Shown: positions 1 to 16,694 of the stretch, piece after piece
Layout: each line of letters opens with the position of its first letter
Position numbering within the stretch: position 1 is the first letter of the stretch
Origin: Eledone cirrhosa
Taxonomy: Eukaryota
DNA length: 64,000 nucleotides
Assembly (NCBI GenBank): GCA_964016885.1
Contig: OZ024741.1
Coordinates: 327,608,001-327,672,000 of the forward strand
Reading direction: 5' to 3'
Notes under the pieces: generated by a model
What the model saw: only the letters and a program-made list of their open reading frames with translations
Database searches by the model: none
What the model was told of the DNA's origin: nothing
Position numbers and translations under genes: made by a program

Positions 1-22
1 ATATATAATAATAATATATATA

Positions 23-495
23 TCCCTACACGCAAAAAGCGTCCAAGGACACATGTTGTGTCCACCATATGCCAATGTGGTTCAATGGGAGGTTAATAAA
101 TTTGACGAGCCAGAATATATATAATCAAGGTTTAGCAAATAAGAAAAAGTTTCAAATTAAATTTCAAAAAATTCCCAGTGGTAGTAGACTGACCTCCCTG
201 CCTCTGCTTCAATCTTTACACTGGGCACTGGACAGAATTTCTTCCACATCATTCATTCTCAGCTCGGGAACTATTTTGATTAGCGCCAGTTCGTAATTTG
301 AACTCGGGAACTTTATATTCTCCGAGTGAAAAGAACCTTCTGACGAGAGTTTATCTTTTCAATGGAAGGCCGCAAGGACTGTCCATTTATTTTTGAGACT
401 CGAAACCGATTCGGTAAAGGTAACCATAGTGAGTACAGTGAATTTTTTAAATTCATTTTGAAACTTTTTCTTATTTGCTAAACCTTGATTATATA
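23..495. mobile_element. Non-autonomous element with ~60-bp inverted ends (115-174 / 440-495); mirror at ~8120-8590, internally deleted relative at 9385-9560
   Basis: ataatcaaggtttagcaaataagaaaaagtttc occurs in inverted orientation at both ends, bounded by (TA)n. Confidence 0.6.
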
Positions 496-511
496 TATAT
501 ATATATATATC

Positions 512-543
<32 letters not shown>

Positions 544-676
544 TGTAATAAACAACATAAGATAATTATTTTATTTACCAATAGTTTCTTGGAGGCAGCT
601 GTTATGTCTGACTTCAGTCGTCAGAATGAATAAAAAAGATGGTGTTCCATATCTAATAAAAACACCATGTTCTTTA

Positions 677-737
677 TTCATTCTGACGACTGAAGTGAGA
701 CATAACATCTGCCATCAAGAAACCAGTGGTAAATGAA
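677..737 (+). ncRNA. Type I hammerhead ribozyme motif (mirror 7874-7934 -) in hairpin PLE-end element 539-840
   Basis: ttcatt-CTGACGA-stem II-GAAA-cca g tgg-TA-aatgaa; 540-646 is an inverted copy of 661-769. Confidence 0.75.
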
Positions 738-845
738 ATAATAATCTCTTGTTGTTTATTACATAACTAAATAGCTCTGAGGCCTACAGAGAGCGCTGTT
801 TTTTCCTGTACCTTTCCGACAGAAATACTTTATTCATATATAATT

Positions 846-2365
<1,520 letters not shown>

Positions 2366-2373
2366 AAAACATC

Positions 2374-2786
2374 CTTTCATTGCCAGAGAACGTCTTCATG
2401 AACCACCTAATAGAATATTAGTCTACGACTTCTTGTATACCGTAAACGTGGTTCTGTCTTTGCGCGTAATTGTTTTTAACCGCTCCAAATAATGACGTTT
2501 ATCTTTATTTTTTACCGTTCTTTGCCTGGGAAAGTTTCCACGAAGCAAAGTATAGTCTTCCTGTCTTCCTCCGGTTGCAACGTTTTTGAAATATTTACTT
2601 CTGCTTTCACAAATTGACTTTTTTAGTTTCAGAAGATCCCGTTAAGGGTGAAAGCAGCCATTCTTTGCTTAAACTTTAATCTGTTATTTTAATAAATATT
2701 TGCTCTACGGTTCTTATATATTTGATATATATTTATCCTTATCGAGCCCTCTTTGGATTTTAGTCTTCAAATTTATTATTATTACT

Positions 2787-2790
<4 letters not shown>
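2374..2790 (+). mobile_element. 3' end of the Naiad-like PLE family seen at 20.5-22.6 kb (other copies 8626-9200 -, 9220-9380 +, 38178-38275 -)
   Basis: Clear similarity to 22240-22556 (tcattgccagagaacgtc...cttaaactttaatctgttattttaataaata). Confidence 0.75.
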
Positions 2791-2819
<29 letters not shown>

Positions 2820-2996
2820 ATAGAGGTTGACGGATCCACATATTTATCAATGGCAGTACCGCTTGTATCTCAGCGCACTCCATGTGCAAGGTAAGAAACA
2901 TTCCCAGAGTATACACAAAGTTATTTGCTTCAACACAACACACGTTGGAATTGAACCATCAAGACAGTTGAGTTATCTCATACATCAATCCATGTA

Positions 2997-3057
2997 TTTT
3001 ATCTGATGAGGACTACTGAAAAAACAGCACAGTACCTCCGCAATATATATAATAAAA
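2997..3057 (+). ncRNA. Hammerhead-like motif with GCAA in place of GAAA (mirror ~5622-5682 -)
   Basis: ttttat-CTGATGA-gga c tactg..cagta cc tcc-GCAA-tatata-TA-ataaaa. Confidence 0.55.
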
Positions 3058-3125
3058 CATATATTTTGATTATGCGAACGTCTTGATTTATCAATATTTT
3101 GAATAATATATATATACATATGTAA

Positions 3126-3166
<41 letters not shown>

Positions 3167-5457
3167 AAGAATCAAAGAACTGTTCAAAACATTATTGTGC
3201 TTACAGCTGTTTCCTCCAAACCGAGGTTTGGATTCTTCGGAGCAATTTATTAATGCATGGACAGTTATATGACCTCCTTTTCAGCCGAGAGACATACCAA
3301 TACATATTCAAACGTTGATACATATTCAAACATTGTGGGTCAACATTCATTACAGAATTTAGAGTGGCAGTACACACTTCGAGATTACATTTATATTAAT
3401 AGGTACAATCAAAAATCAAAGATATAGGTTAAAGTGCAACATGAAGATAAGTGGTTATATAGTGCAAATGTTATATGTGTGGCACGCATGTGTGTCTTGT
3501 TTATATAGTGTGGCAGAGAGATATGTGTGGTAGAGGCACTTAGGTAGGTAAATAAGAGTGTTAGGTTGGTAGATCTGGTGGTAAATTCTTTATATGATTG
3601 ATATAGTCTGTGTGTGGAGAAATATTATAAGCATTAAAGATAGTGCAAGCATTAAAAGTGTTATAAGTATTGGAGATGCACAGCGCAGGGATGTCAAGTA
3701 TTTCATGCACTTCGGCATTTTCATGGTCAGGGGAGTGTATATTTCGATTATATGCCCTTCACATAATGCACGACAATCCAGTTAGAGATCGTAGTCTGGT
3801 GTTCTTTAGCTCGATACAGGAGGCTGCTACGTTTCGAGAGACGCCATTGAATACCGCCCGGAAGTGTGTGTGTGGCTAAGGGGAGTTAATGCATGCGGGG
3901 AGGTAACTCTGGGGTTTCTATATCTAGCCAATAAAAAGTGTGTCCCAATATAGACCCTAAATTCTATGGTGAAGCGCATCTTCCAAGAGAGACTTTTAAA
4001 GCATAAAGTGTAATAACTAGTTTAACTAAGTTATGCTGAAGGTGATCATATTATTATGGTGGATTAACCCATCTTAAGGTGCTACAAATGGAAATTATAG
4101 ATGATGAGCGAGGATTCTAAATTAATGATCTCTGTGGTTGTAGTCTGCTCATATGACCAGGCGCGGTGATTGCAGGATTGCCAACATCCACCCACTTGAA
4201 CGGCACTACACCGCTCTAAGGGTAATTCGAGCATGAATTGATCGGTTGGATAGTGTTTGGCAGAGGAAACACCTTCCTTAGACAGATGTAAAATGATTTA
4301 ATCGAGTAGCGCTGTTGACCAGTAGGACCGGGCTGCTGAGCGCGGTGAGTGAATACATTGCAACTGCCGTGCGGGTTGTACGTATATGGATGATCTGACG
4401 GTCAGAGAGGGTTCGCGAGGACTGCGGATTGACCTTTGGCCTGCCTGGGGATGATTATCTTTCGACATCCAATGTAGCAAGCGATGACCCAGATCTTACC
4501 AGAGATCATTGGGTCCTGAAGCAATCCTGCAATCACCGCGCCTGGTCATATGAGCAGACTACAACCACAGAGATCATTAATTTAGAATCCTCGCTCATCA
4601 TCTATAATTTCCATTTGTAGCACCTTAAGATGGGTTAATCCACCATAATAATATGATCACCTTCAGCATAACTTAGTTAAACTAGTTATTACACTTTATG
4701 CTTTAAAAGTCTCTCTTGGAAGATGCGCTTCACCATAGAATTTAGGGTCTATATTGGGACACACTTTTTATTGGCTAGATATAGAAACCCCAGAGTTACC
4801 TCCCCGCATGCATTAACTCCCCTTAGCCACACACACACTTCCGGGCGGTATTCAATGGCGTCTCTCGAAACGTAGCAGCCTCCTGTATCGAGCTAAAGAA
4901 CACCAGACTACGATCTCTAACTGGATTGTCGTGCATTATGTGAAGGGCATATAATCGAAATATACACTCCCCTGACCATGAAAATGCCGAAGTGCATGAA
5001 ATACTTGACATCCCTGCGCTGTGCATCTCCAATACTTATAACACTTTTAATTCTTGCACTATCTTTAATGCTTATAATATTTCTCCACACACAGACTATA
5101 TCAATCATATAAAGAATTTACCACCAGATCTACCAACCTAACACTCTTATTTACCTACCTAAGTGCCTCTACCACACATATCTCTCTGCCACACTATATA
5201 AACAAGACACACATGCGTGCCACACATATAACATTTGCACTATATAACCACTTATCTTCATGTTGCACTTTAACCTATATCTTTGATTTTTGATTGTACC
5301 TATTAATATAAATGTAATCTCGAAGTGTGTACTGCCACTCTAAATTCTGTAATGAATGTTGACCCACAATGTTTGAATATGTATCAACGTTTGAATATGT
5401 ATTGGTATGTCTCTCGGCTGAAAAGGAGGTCATATAACTGTCCATGCATTAATAAAT

Positions 5458-5504
5458 TGCTCCGAAGAATCCAAACCTCGGTTTGGAGGAAACAGCTGTA
5501 AGCA
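5458..5504 (+). ncRNA. Type I hammerhead motif, CCGAAGA core (mirror 3198-3244 -), at the 3' end of the central element (~3160-5545) of the palindrome
   Basis: tgct-CCGAAGA-a tccaaac ctcg gtttgga g-GAAA-cagctg-TA-agca; palindromic stem III. Confidence 0.7.
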
Positions 5505-5858
5505 CAATAATGTTTTGAACAGTTCTTTGATTCTTATATTTCATATATATACTTACATATGTATATATATATTATTCAAAATATTGATAAATCAAGACGT
5601 TCACATAATCAAAATATATGTTTTATTATATATATTGCGGAGGTACTGTGCTGTTTTTTCAGTAGTCCTCATCAGATAAAATACATGGATTGATGTATGA
5701 GATAACTCAACTGTCTTGGTGGTTCAATTCCAACGTGTGTTGTGTTGAAGCAAATAACTTTGTGTATACTCTGGGAATGTTTCTTACCTTGCCCATGGAG
5801 TGCGCTGAGATACAAGCGGTACTGCCATTGATAAATATGTGGATCCGTCAACCTCTAT

Positions 5859-5891
<33 letters not shown>

Positions 5892-7026
5892 AGTAATAAT
5901 AATAAATTTGAAGACTAAAATCCAAAAAGGGCTCGATAAGGATAAATATATATCAAATATATAAGAACCGTAGAGCAAATATTTATTAAAATAACAGATT
6001 AAAGTTTAAGCAAAGAATGGCTGCTTTCACCCTTAACGGGATCTTCTGAAACTAAAAAAGTCAATTTGTGAAAGCAGAAGTAAATATTTCAAAAACGTTG
6101 CAACCGGAGGAAGACAGGAAGACTATACTTTGCTTCGTGGAAACTTTCCCAGGCAAAGAACGGTAAAAAATAAAGATAAACGTCATTATTTGGAGCGGTT
6201 AAAAACAATTACGCGCAAAGACAGAACCACGTTTACGGTATACAAGAAGTCGTAGACTAATATTCTATTAGGTGGTTCATGGAGACGTTCTCTGGCAATG
6301 AAAGGATGTTTTTAATATGCATAAGGAAAGTATATACTTTCAGATGTTCAATCATCTGACAGAGATGTATACGATGCTGACGATAGCTAATAAGCTTAAA
6401 ACTAATACATCGTTCCTGTGTCAGTGTTGAACAAAAGGGCGACGATGGTTGCCGAGCACTGTACGGAGTAATTGGGGCTGTTTGTTTACAAACAAATCGA
6501 ACGTTATAATAAATGTGCGGTTAACCCATACGTACATATATATATATGTGTGCATGTGTGTATATATATACACACTACTGTACGTCCGTACAAATATATG
6601 TATGTACGTATAAATATTATATTTAGGTATAAACCGTACTAAGAGTGAGAAATTAAATTTCGTTTCATTCTTTTCCATTTATCATTTTCGGTGCGCCCGG
6701 CCGACTAACTCACTCGATATTCAAATTAGGCTGCTCAGCCGTTAATATGCATAAGGAAAGTATATACTTTCAGACGTTCAATCATCTGACAGAGAGCTAT
6801 ACGATGCTGACGATAGCTAATAAGCTTGAAACTAGCACATCGTTCCTGAGTCAGTGTTTAGCAAAAGGGCGACGATGGTTGCCGAGCATTGTAATTCAGG
6901 CTGTTTGTTTACAAACAAACCGAACATTATGATAAATGCTCGGTAGACCCATACGTACATACATATATGTGTGCATGTGTGCATATATATACATACTACA
7001 ATACATATATACATATATACATATAT

Positions 7027-7071
<45 letters not shown>

Positions 7072-8067
7072 TGTATATATAGTGTATTTTGCAATACACT
7101 GTATGCTTAATTAAAAGCATTTCGAAGACCTTATGCTATTGTTTTAGAGTAGCGACAGTCTCACTTACTTTAAATTTTCAGCAAACAGGAGGAGATAAAG
7201 CTGACGGAGCTATGTTTCGTACTGATTGGTACTTATCAAAGCCAAGTACCCCACCTATTTGCTGAAAATCATGAATGTTTGATTCTTATAGAATTTCTAG
7301 TAATAATCAGGAACTGATTATACAGAGCGTTTGCCGGTCAAGCAGAAATTGAAAATTAGAATTGGCGCTCTGAAATAGCTATATATATATGAATGTATAT
7401 ATAGTGTATTTTGCAATACACTGTATGCTTAATTAAAAGCATTTCGAAGACCTTATGCTATTGTATTAGAGTAGTGACAGTCTCACTTACTTTAAATTTC
7501 CAGCAAACAGGGGGAGATAAAGCTGACAGAGCTATGTTTCGTACTGATTGGTACTTATCAAAGCCAAGTACACCACCTGCTTGCTGAAAATTATGAACGT
7601 TTGATTCTTATAGAATTTCTCGTAATAATCAGGAACTGATTATACAGATTGGTTGCCGGTCAAGCAGAAATTGAAAATTAGAATTGCCGCTCTGAAATAG
7701 CTTATAAATATGAATGTATATATAGTGTATTTTGCAATACACTGTATGCATTATTAAAGCATTTTAATTATATATGAATAAAGTATTTCCGTCGGAAAGG
7801 TACAGGAAAAAAGAGCGCTCTCTGTAGGCCTCAGAGGTATTTAGTTATGTAATAAACAACAAGAGATTATTATTTCATTTACCACTGGTTTCTTGATGGC
7901 AGATGTTATGTCTCACTTCAGTCGTCAGAATGAATAAAGAACATGGTGTTTTTATTAGATATGGAACACCATCTTTTTTATTCATTCTGACGACTGAAGA
8001 CAGACATAACAGCTGCCTTCAAGAAACTATTGGTAAATAAAATAATTATCTTATGTTGTTTATTACA

Positions 8068-8125
<58 letters not shown>

Positions 8126-9562
8126 CAAGGTTTAGCAAATAAGAAAAAGTTTCAAAATGAATTTAAAAAATTCACTGTACTCACTATGGTTACCTTTACC
8201 GAATCGGTTTCGAGTCTCAAAAATAAATGGACAGTCCTTGCGGCCTTCCATTGCAAAGATAAACTCTCGTCAGAAGGTTCTTTTCACTCGGAGAATATAA
8301 AATTCCCGAGTTCAAATTACGAACTGGCGCTATTCAAAATAGTTCCCGAGCTGAGAATGAATGATGTGGAAGAAATTCTGTCCAGTGCCCTGTGTAAAGA
8401 TAGAAGCAGAGGCAGGGAGGTCAGTCTACTACCACTGTGAATTTTTTGAAATTTATTTTGAAACTTTTTCTTATTTGCTAAACCTTGATTATATATATTC
8501 TGGCTCGTAAATTTATTAACCTCCCATTGAACCACATTGGCATATGGTGGACACAACATGTGTCCTTGGACGCTTTTTGCGTGTAGGGATATATATATTA
8601 TTATTATATATATATATATATATATATTAAAATAACAGATTAAAGTTTAAGCAAAGAATCGCTGCCTTCACCCTTAACGGGATCTTCTGAAACTAACAAA
8701 GTCAATCTGTAAACGCAGAAATGAATATTTAAAAAAACGTTGCAAACGGAGGAAGACAGGAAGACGATACTTTGGTTCGTGGAAACGTTCCCTGGCAAAG
8801 AACGGGAAATACGAATATAATACGTCATTATTTGGAGCGGTGAAAAACAATTACACGCAAAGACAGAACCACGTTTATGGTATAAGAGAAGTCGTAGACT
8901 AATATTCTCTTAGGTGATTCTTAGAGACGTTCTCTGGCAATGAACGGAAAAAATCGGAGATAATACGTCATGTGGAGCGTGGAGAACAATTGCACACAAA
9001 GACAAAATCACGTAAATGGAATAACTGAAGTCGTAGACTAAAATTCTAACTAGGAAACCGAATGTTTCTCCGCTTCAGAGTTAAGAATAAAGTAAATAAA
9101 ATACAGATGTAATTGAAATTAAATAAATACATACACGCATCCAAATACGTACATACACAAGCATAGGCTAAAACACTCGCCATAGGTATACAAATACACG
9201 TTAAAAGGTAATTTTTTTATTTTCAGAAGATCCCGTTAAGAATGAAAGCAGCGATTCTTTGCTTAAACTTTAATCTATTATTTTAATAAATATTTGCACT
9301 ACTGTTCTTATATATTTGATATATATTTATCCTGATTGAGCCCTCTTTGGATTGTCTTCAAATTTATTATTATTACTATATATATATATATAATCAAGGT
9401 TTAGCAAATAAGAAAAAGTACTTTTTCTTATTTGCTGAACCTTGATTATATATGTTCTGGCGCGTTAATTTATTAACCTGCCATTGAACGACATTGGCAT
9501 ATGGTTGGACAATACATGTGTCTCTAAGCGCCTTGTGCGTGTAGGAACATATACTTTATTAT

Positions 9563-9681
<119 letters not shown>

Positions 9682-9919
9682 GGAACAAATAAGACCCCGA
9701 CGGCTGAGCTCAAGCCGTTTCGACGGCTAATTCTGGAGTTCCTGTGTCAGTGTTGAACAAAAGGGCGACGATGGTTGCCGAGCACTGTACGGAGTAATTG
9801 GGGCTGTTTGTTTACAAACAAATCGAACGTTATAATAAATGTGCGGTTAACCCATACGTACATATATATATATGTGTGCATGTGTGTATATATATACATA
9901 CAACTGTACGTCCGTACAA

Positions 9920-9971
<52 letters not shown>

Positions 9972-9975
<4 letters not shown>

Positions 9976-11240
9976 AATTAAGTCAAAAATGTACATCCAT
10001 ATATGTATATTGAAATACTAGTATGCATATGAATACACACACGTATACATATGTAGATGTACCAAGTCTTTCACTGGTTACTTTACTGTGAGTATCCAGC
10101 TATTCTGTATGTAAACACACAGACAAACCGGTTTTTAGAGTCATACTGGTTTTTGAGGAAACACCTTTCCTCTATTCTCCAGAAAGCCAGACAAGGAATA
10201 TTTGAACTAGTTTCGTTGTTGTTACAACTCATCAGCAATATTTACCTATCTACCGGCCTTTCTGGAGAATCGTAAAAGCACATATCGTTATATGCTTTTT
10301 CTATGAAAATTAGTAGTGGGCAGACTAATTTGCATAGAGTGTGAGTACGTACCGGTTCAACGGAGACGATAAAAACAAATAACGAAACGAAATTAAATTT
10401 CGTTTCGTTTGTAACTCACTTTTGTATGACTGACGCTTAAACAATTAAGTCAAAAATGTACATCCATATATGTATACTGAAATACTAGTATGCATATGAA
10501 TACACACACGTATACATATGTAGATGTACCAAGCCTTTCACTGGTTACTTTACTGTGAGTATCCAGCTATTCTGTATGTAAACACACAGACAAACCGGTT
10601 TTTAGAGTCATACTGGTTTTTGAGGAAACACCTTTCCTCTATTCTCCAGAAAGCCAGACAAGGAATATTGAACTAGTTTCGTTGTTGTTACAACTCATCA
10701 GCAATATTTACCTATCTACCGGCCTTTCTGGAGAATCGTAAAAGCACATATCGTTATATGCTTTTTCTTATTTGTTTTTATCGTCTCCGTTGAACCGGTA
10801 CGTACTCACACTCTATGCAAATTAGTCTGCCCACTACTAATTTTCATAGAAAAAGCATATAACGATGTGTGTTTTTACGATTCTCCAGAAAGGCCGGTAG
10901 ATAGGTAAATATTCCTGATGAGTTGTAACAACAACGAAACTAGTTCAATATTCCTTGTCTGGCTTTCTGGAGAATAGAGGAAAGGTGTTTCCTCAAAAAC
11001 CAGTATGACTCTAAAAACCGGTTTGTCTGTGTGTTTACATACAGAATAGCTGGATACTCACAGTAAAGTAACCAGTGAAAGACTTGGTACATCTACATAT
11101 GTATACGTGTGTGTATTCATATGCATACTAGTATTTCAGTATACATATATGGATGTACATTTTTGACTTAATTGTTTAAGCGTCAGTCATACAAATGTGA
11201 GTTACAAACGAAACGAAATTTAATTTCGTTTCGTTATTTG

Positions 11241-11250
<10 letters not shown>
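9972..11250. mobile_element. Retrozyme-like ~467-bp unit: 1.7 tandem copies plus one inverted copy, each with an HHR
   Basis: aacaattaagtcaaaaatgtac recurs at ~9973 and ~10440; inversion at ~10768; no ORF; bounded by (TA)n. Confidence 0.8.
10664..10708 (-). ncRNA. Minimal type I hammerhead (copies 10196-10241 -, 10908-10952 +)
   Basis: aatattg-CTGATGA-gttg taacaa caac-GAAA-c ta g-TT-caatatt; 7-bp stem I and palindromic ACTAGT stem III. Confidence 0.85.
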
Positions 11251-11269
<19 letters not shown>

Positions 11270-11271
<2 letters not shown>

Positions 11272-12752
11272 CTATGTAGTTTCGTTGTCAAGTATATTAA
11301 TGAGCACAGACATGCAGATATATTGCCCTTGGTATGACAGTCTGGTTTTAGCTCATGTAGGATAACTAGTATACTACAGAGCCGTTGTAAGTTTAGGGAT
11401 AATCAAAGAGTGCTTAGAAATACGTTGTTTTATTTGCTAACAGTGTTTCATCCATACCCTATGTGAGGAATTATCAGAGCTTATGAACAAAAATATATCA
11501 AAGGTTGCAGGCTCTATCGAGCTCAGTCACCAGAACAAGGATAAAGGACAAGTAGGGGGAACCCAAGGGCAACGCTATATAGTAAAACACACAATACATT
11601 ACGCATATAATGTCACAAAAAATTACATCAAATGTTTATCACATAAATGGTGCAATAGATCATATTGTCATTAACAGTCTTAGTCGTGAGTTTGCTATAT
11701 ATTCTACAGTACTTGCAAACAAGAGAAATTCACACTCACTCTAATAACCCCGCTTATTAATGTAACCATAACTGCTTTTCCTCCACTGTGCCATAGGTAA
11801 TTCCGTAAGCGGAGTTTTCTATATACGCTTTCTGTCTACGTGACTGAGTAGCTATCACGAATAGCATTTACTGTGGTATATTTGCATATGGTATGACACT
11901 TTAGATCGATACCGACTCGGCCATACTGTGTATTTCACTTTGGACGTTGGGTTGCGTGACCGAACGTGGTGACTTTGGGAGATAGCAGATATTGCGAAAC
12001 TGTTTTATTTCCAATTTCTTCACTGGAGTTCCGGCAGTACATGTACTCTACTTTACTTGACCTCATTGTACTTTACTTTATTTTAGATTTAAGGTGTTTA
12101 TTTCAGGCTGCCTATTTGGAGAAATCCTCTGGGTATATGTTTTAGAAACATAGTATTATATCACCTAACGCTTGGAAGTGGAACCAATGGATGGAGGGTT
12201 TCGTATGATATGGAGATATCGACCTGTTAGAAGGCGATATAACTCGAGTGCACCATCCTTCCTATAGACAATCCTACAGGTAAAGCTGCACCACAGCTAA
12301 CCAACTTTTCTTTTCACTGACTCATGCTTGCAAGCTTTCATACTCTGCCTGTACATCCTGTATTTGCACTGCTTGTGAATTGATGTGTCTATGCTTTGTT
12401 TTGTTTTTTGTTGTTTTTTTTTTATCATGCTGAGTAACACCCTCACTCATTTCTTGCTATGCTCACTCAACCTCCTTATGATCTATTGCACCATTTATGT
12501 GATAAACGTTTGATGTAACTTTTTGTGAGATTATATGCGTGATGTGTTATGTGTGTTTTCTATATAGCGCTGGCCTTGGGATCCCCTACTTGTCCTTTAT
12601 CCTTGTTCTGCTGACTGAGCTTGATGGAGCCTGCATCCTTTGATATATTTTTGTTTATAAGCTCTGATGATTACTACCATAGGGTATGGATGAAACACTG
12701 TTAGCAAATAAAACAATGTATTTCTAAACACTCTTTGGTTATTCCTAAACTT
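11270..12752. mobile_element. Non-autonomous PLE-type element with inverted HHR-bearing ends (~11390-11600 / ~12550-12752)
   Basis: Diverged inverted repeats; flanked by (TA)n; no protein motif seen. Confidence 0.65.
12651..12716 (+). ncRNA. Type I hammerhead (decayed inverted copy 11425-11490 -)
   Basis: ttgttt..gct-CTGATGA-..ccata ggg tatgg..-GAAA-ca c tg-TT-agc..aaacaa. Confidence 0.75.
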
Positions 12753-12769
12753 ATATATATATATATAAA

Positions 12770-13632
<863 letters not shown>

Positions 13633-13754
13633 TATATATATACATCTATACATATAGTTATACGGACACAGGCATATATATATATAGTTATACGGACACA
13701 CGCAGATATATATATAGTTATATATATAGTTATACGGATACGCGCAGTTAGATG

Positions 13755-13792
<38 letters not shown>

Positions 13793-14160
13793 TATATATG
13801 GGCGCTGGGTGTATGTACGTATGTATATGTATGTATAAATGTATGTATGTATATATGTATTCAGGAAAATGACTATAGTGTTCGTTTGTTCGAGATTGTT
13901 CACTCGTGCTGTAAATTTTAATCCTAAAGTGTGTACTCAAGATTTCCCTCTAAGCTCTAGTGATAACTTCCCTAACATGTAATTCTTAACTTACTATATC
14001 TTTCAAGTTATTTCGACACCTATGTCTCAGGGACTTTTATCCTAACCAGTTTAAATCCACAAGTATACGCAGCTATAATGGTGTATAATTTTGTTTAAAT
14101 CTGTGATGTTATAAGACTGTTCAAATCAGACTACTTGAGCAGTATAACTATACATAGTTG

Positions 14161-14345
14161 TTTCTACTTTAGGCACAAGGTCAGCAATTACCCAGTGTAT
14201 TACTGGTACTTTATTTTATCGACCCCATAAGGATGAAAGGCAAAGTTAACCTCGGCGGGATTTGAACTCAGAGTGGCAAGGGCCATAACTCTATGCGTCA
14301 AAGCATGGCGTCCGACCCTCTACCAATACTGCCAATCCACCGCCC
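14161..14345 (-). mobile_element. tRNA-derived SINE (partial second head at 15801-15862)
   Basis: Minus strand has box A-like TGGCAGTATTGG and box B GAGTTCAAATCC, then gccgaggttaactttgcctttcatcc..ggggtcgataaa..agtaccag, a core recalled from cephalopod SINEs (not verified by search). Confidence 0.65.
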
Positions 14346-14349
14346 TTTT

Positions 14350-15800
14350 TATTGCTGTAATAATATTGCCAGAAATAATAATAGAACACACTCATTGTTT
14401 GGTTGGTTTTCGGTTCTGCATTTTTTTATATCTCCACAGTTAATTCATTCGGCAATCATTGTTTATCACTGACTGACCAACGGTAAAACATACAAATATA
14501 AATACATATATATAGTCTAACAAAGGTCTCTTGTTGAACATCTGCAACATCATCAGTGGTACTATTATGTTTCCTGCTGTTGTGTTGTATGTCTACGTCA
14601 TTTTGATTTTATCTGTTTATTTATTTGTGCCTTCTCTGCGCATGCGATTGCGTGTGTGTGTTCGTGTTTGGGTGACTGTATGTTGGTACTTTATTCTATT
14701 CTTAGTTTATTAGTGTGTGTTTATATGTAGTTGTTGTTATTGTGCTTGTGTATATATTTATTTATTTATTTATATTTCTCTTCAGTCAGTTTTGTTTGTT
14801 TGGGTGTTGTTGTTATTCCATTCTTTTTTCTGTTTAGCTTTGGCTTTCTAAGATCTATGTCGATTGCTTCTCTGATTTGCCTACCTGCTGGGTCATTTCT
14901 ATGTTTAGATATTATTTTAATTTCTATGTTGTCTATATTACCGTCATGTTGTTGTCTGAGAAAGACCCACTTAAACATTATAGTGGTAGAAAAGCCACGA
15001 ACTACCATAAAATCTCTCATCAGCAAAACATACCCTTTTAAGAAAACCCACTTTACTAATAAGAAATGTGTTATATGTAAATTAAACCCCCAAATAAACT
15101 GTAAAACTAGAAATGTAGTCTATAGCATAAGATGTATAGAATGCACTTTCAGAACCATGACAACATACATAGGCGACACAGCTCGAAGCATAGGAGAAAG
15201 AATAGACCAATCCTGGGGAAATTAAAAGGACGAAAAAACGGTTCAGTACTATACGAACACGCCAGACAACAATATGACGGCAACAAAGACAAAATACAAA
15301 TTAAAATAATATCAAAACATAGAAATGACCCAGCAGGTAGGCAACACAGAGAAGCAAGCAAAATAGAGCTTAGAAAGCCAAAGCTCAACAGAAAAAATGA
15401 ATGGAATAACAACAACTTAACAAACAATACTGACTTAATATAAATATAAATAAATAAATAAATAAATATATACACATGCCCAATAACAGGAAATACATAT
15501 AAACACACACTAATAAACTAAGATAGAATAAATAACCAAAACACGGTCACCCAAACGCGAACACACACACCAAACACTATACACACACGCAAACGCATGC
15601 GCAGAGAAGAAGACAAAAATAAATAAATAAATAAACAGATAAAATAAAAATGGCCTAGACATACAATACAACAGGAGGAAACATAATAGTACCACTGATG
15701 ATGTTGCAGATGTGCAACGAAAGAATTTTGCTAGACTATATATATGTGTTTATATCCGTATTTTTGACCGTTGGTCAGTCAATGATAAACATTGACCGTA
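14350..15800 (+). mobile_element. PLE fragment with GIY-YIG remnant (14955-15440), inverted 5' copy and HHR (~15691-15740)
   Basis: [24 protein letters not shown]; CTGATGA t gttgca gatg tgcaac GAAA; 14360-14955 is an inverted copy of the 3' part. Confidence 0.85.
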
Positions 15801-16155
15801 AAGGGACGTAACTATGCTGGAAAGCATGGCGTCTGACTCTCTACCAATACTGCCAATCCACAAAATATACATAATGTTTGACTAACTTCAAGCAACAGGC
15901 TTGTGAGTCAGCTATTAATGTGTTTACATGAGAGTGTTTACAGGATGGTGTTTACATGCGAGTGTATATCTGTATGAGAGTTATTTGCGAATCTCATTCG
16001 ACATATCGAATGGAAACATATTACATATGAAAGTATGTATAAGTGTGCAACATAGTTAATATACGAGTGAACGCCTATGGATACATGATTGCAAATAACT
16101 TTGCCTGTTAATGTATGTTTTTGTATAGACATTACATATATATCTGTGCCTGTGT

Positions 16156-16187
<32 letters not shown>

Positions 16188-16329
16188 TTCATTCTTTTTC
16201 CCTTTTTGTGTACATATGAATTTAGAAAAAATGAGAGGGCTTACAGGAACAGTAGGGAAGATTTAGGTATTTATTCACATAAATGTAATTGAACATTCCA
16301 TAGGATACATATCAAATGTTTCTTTTATT

Positions 16330-16687
<358 letters not shown>

Positions 16688-16694
<7 letters not shown>

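Noticed and set aside
23-495. Inverted-end elements as DNA-transposon MITEs
   Set aside because: No transposase is present. Inverted ends are asymmetric (one arm has an extra tail) and in most families carry HHRs, which fits PLE inversion better. A MITE origin is not fully excluded for this element.
2620-2670. CAGAAGA tccc gttaa gggt GAAA gcagc as an active hammerhead
   Set aside because: Altered core and no NUH or stem I; kept only as a variant note.
4182-4520. Palindrome spacer with a CYIG peptide on the minus strand
   Set aside because: Short frame with no upstream GIY-like or other PLE motif; probably chance.
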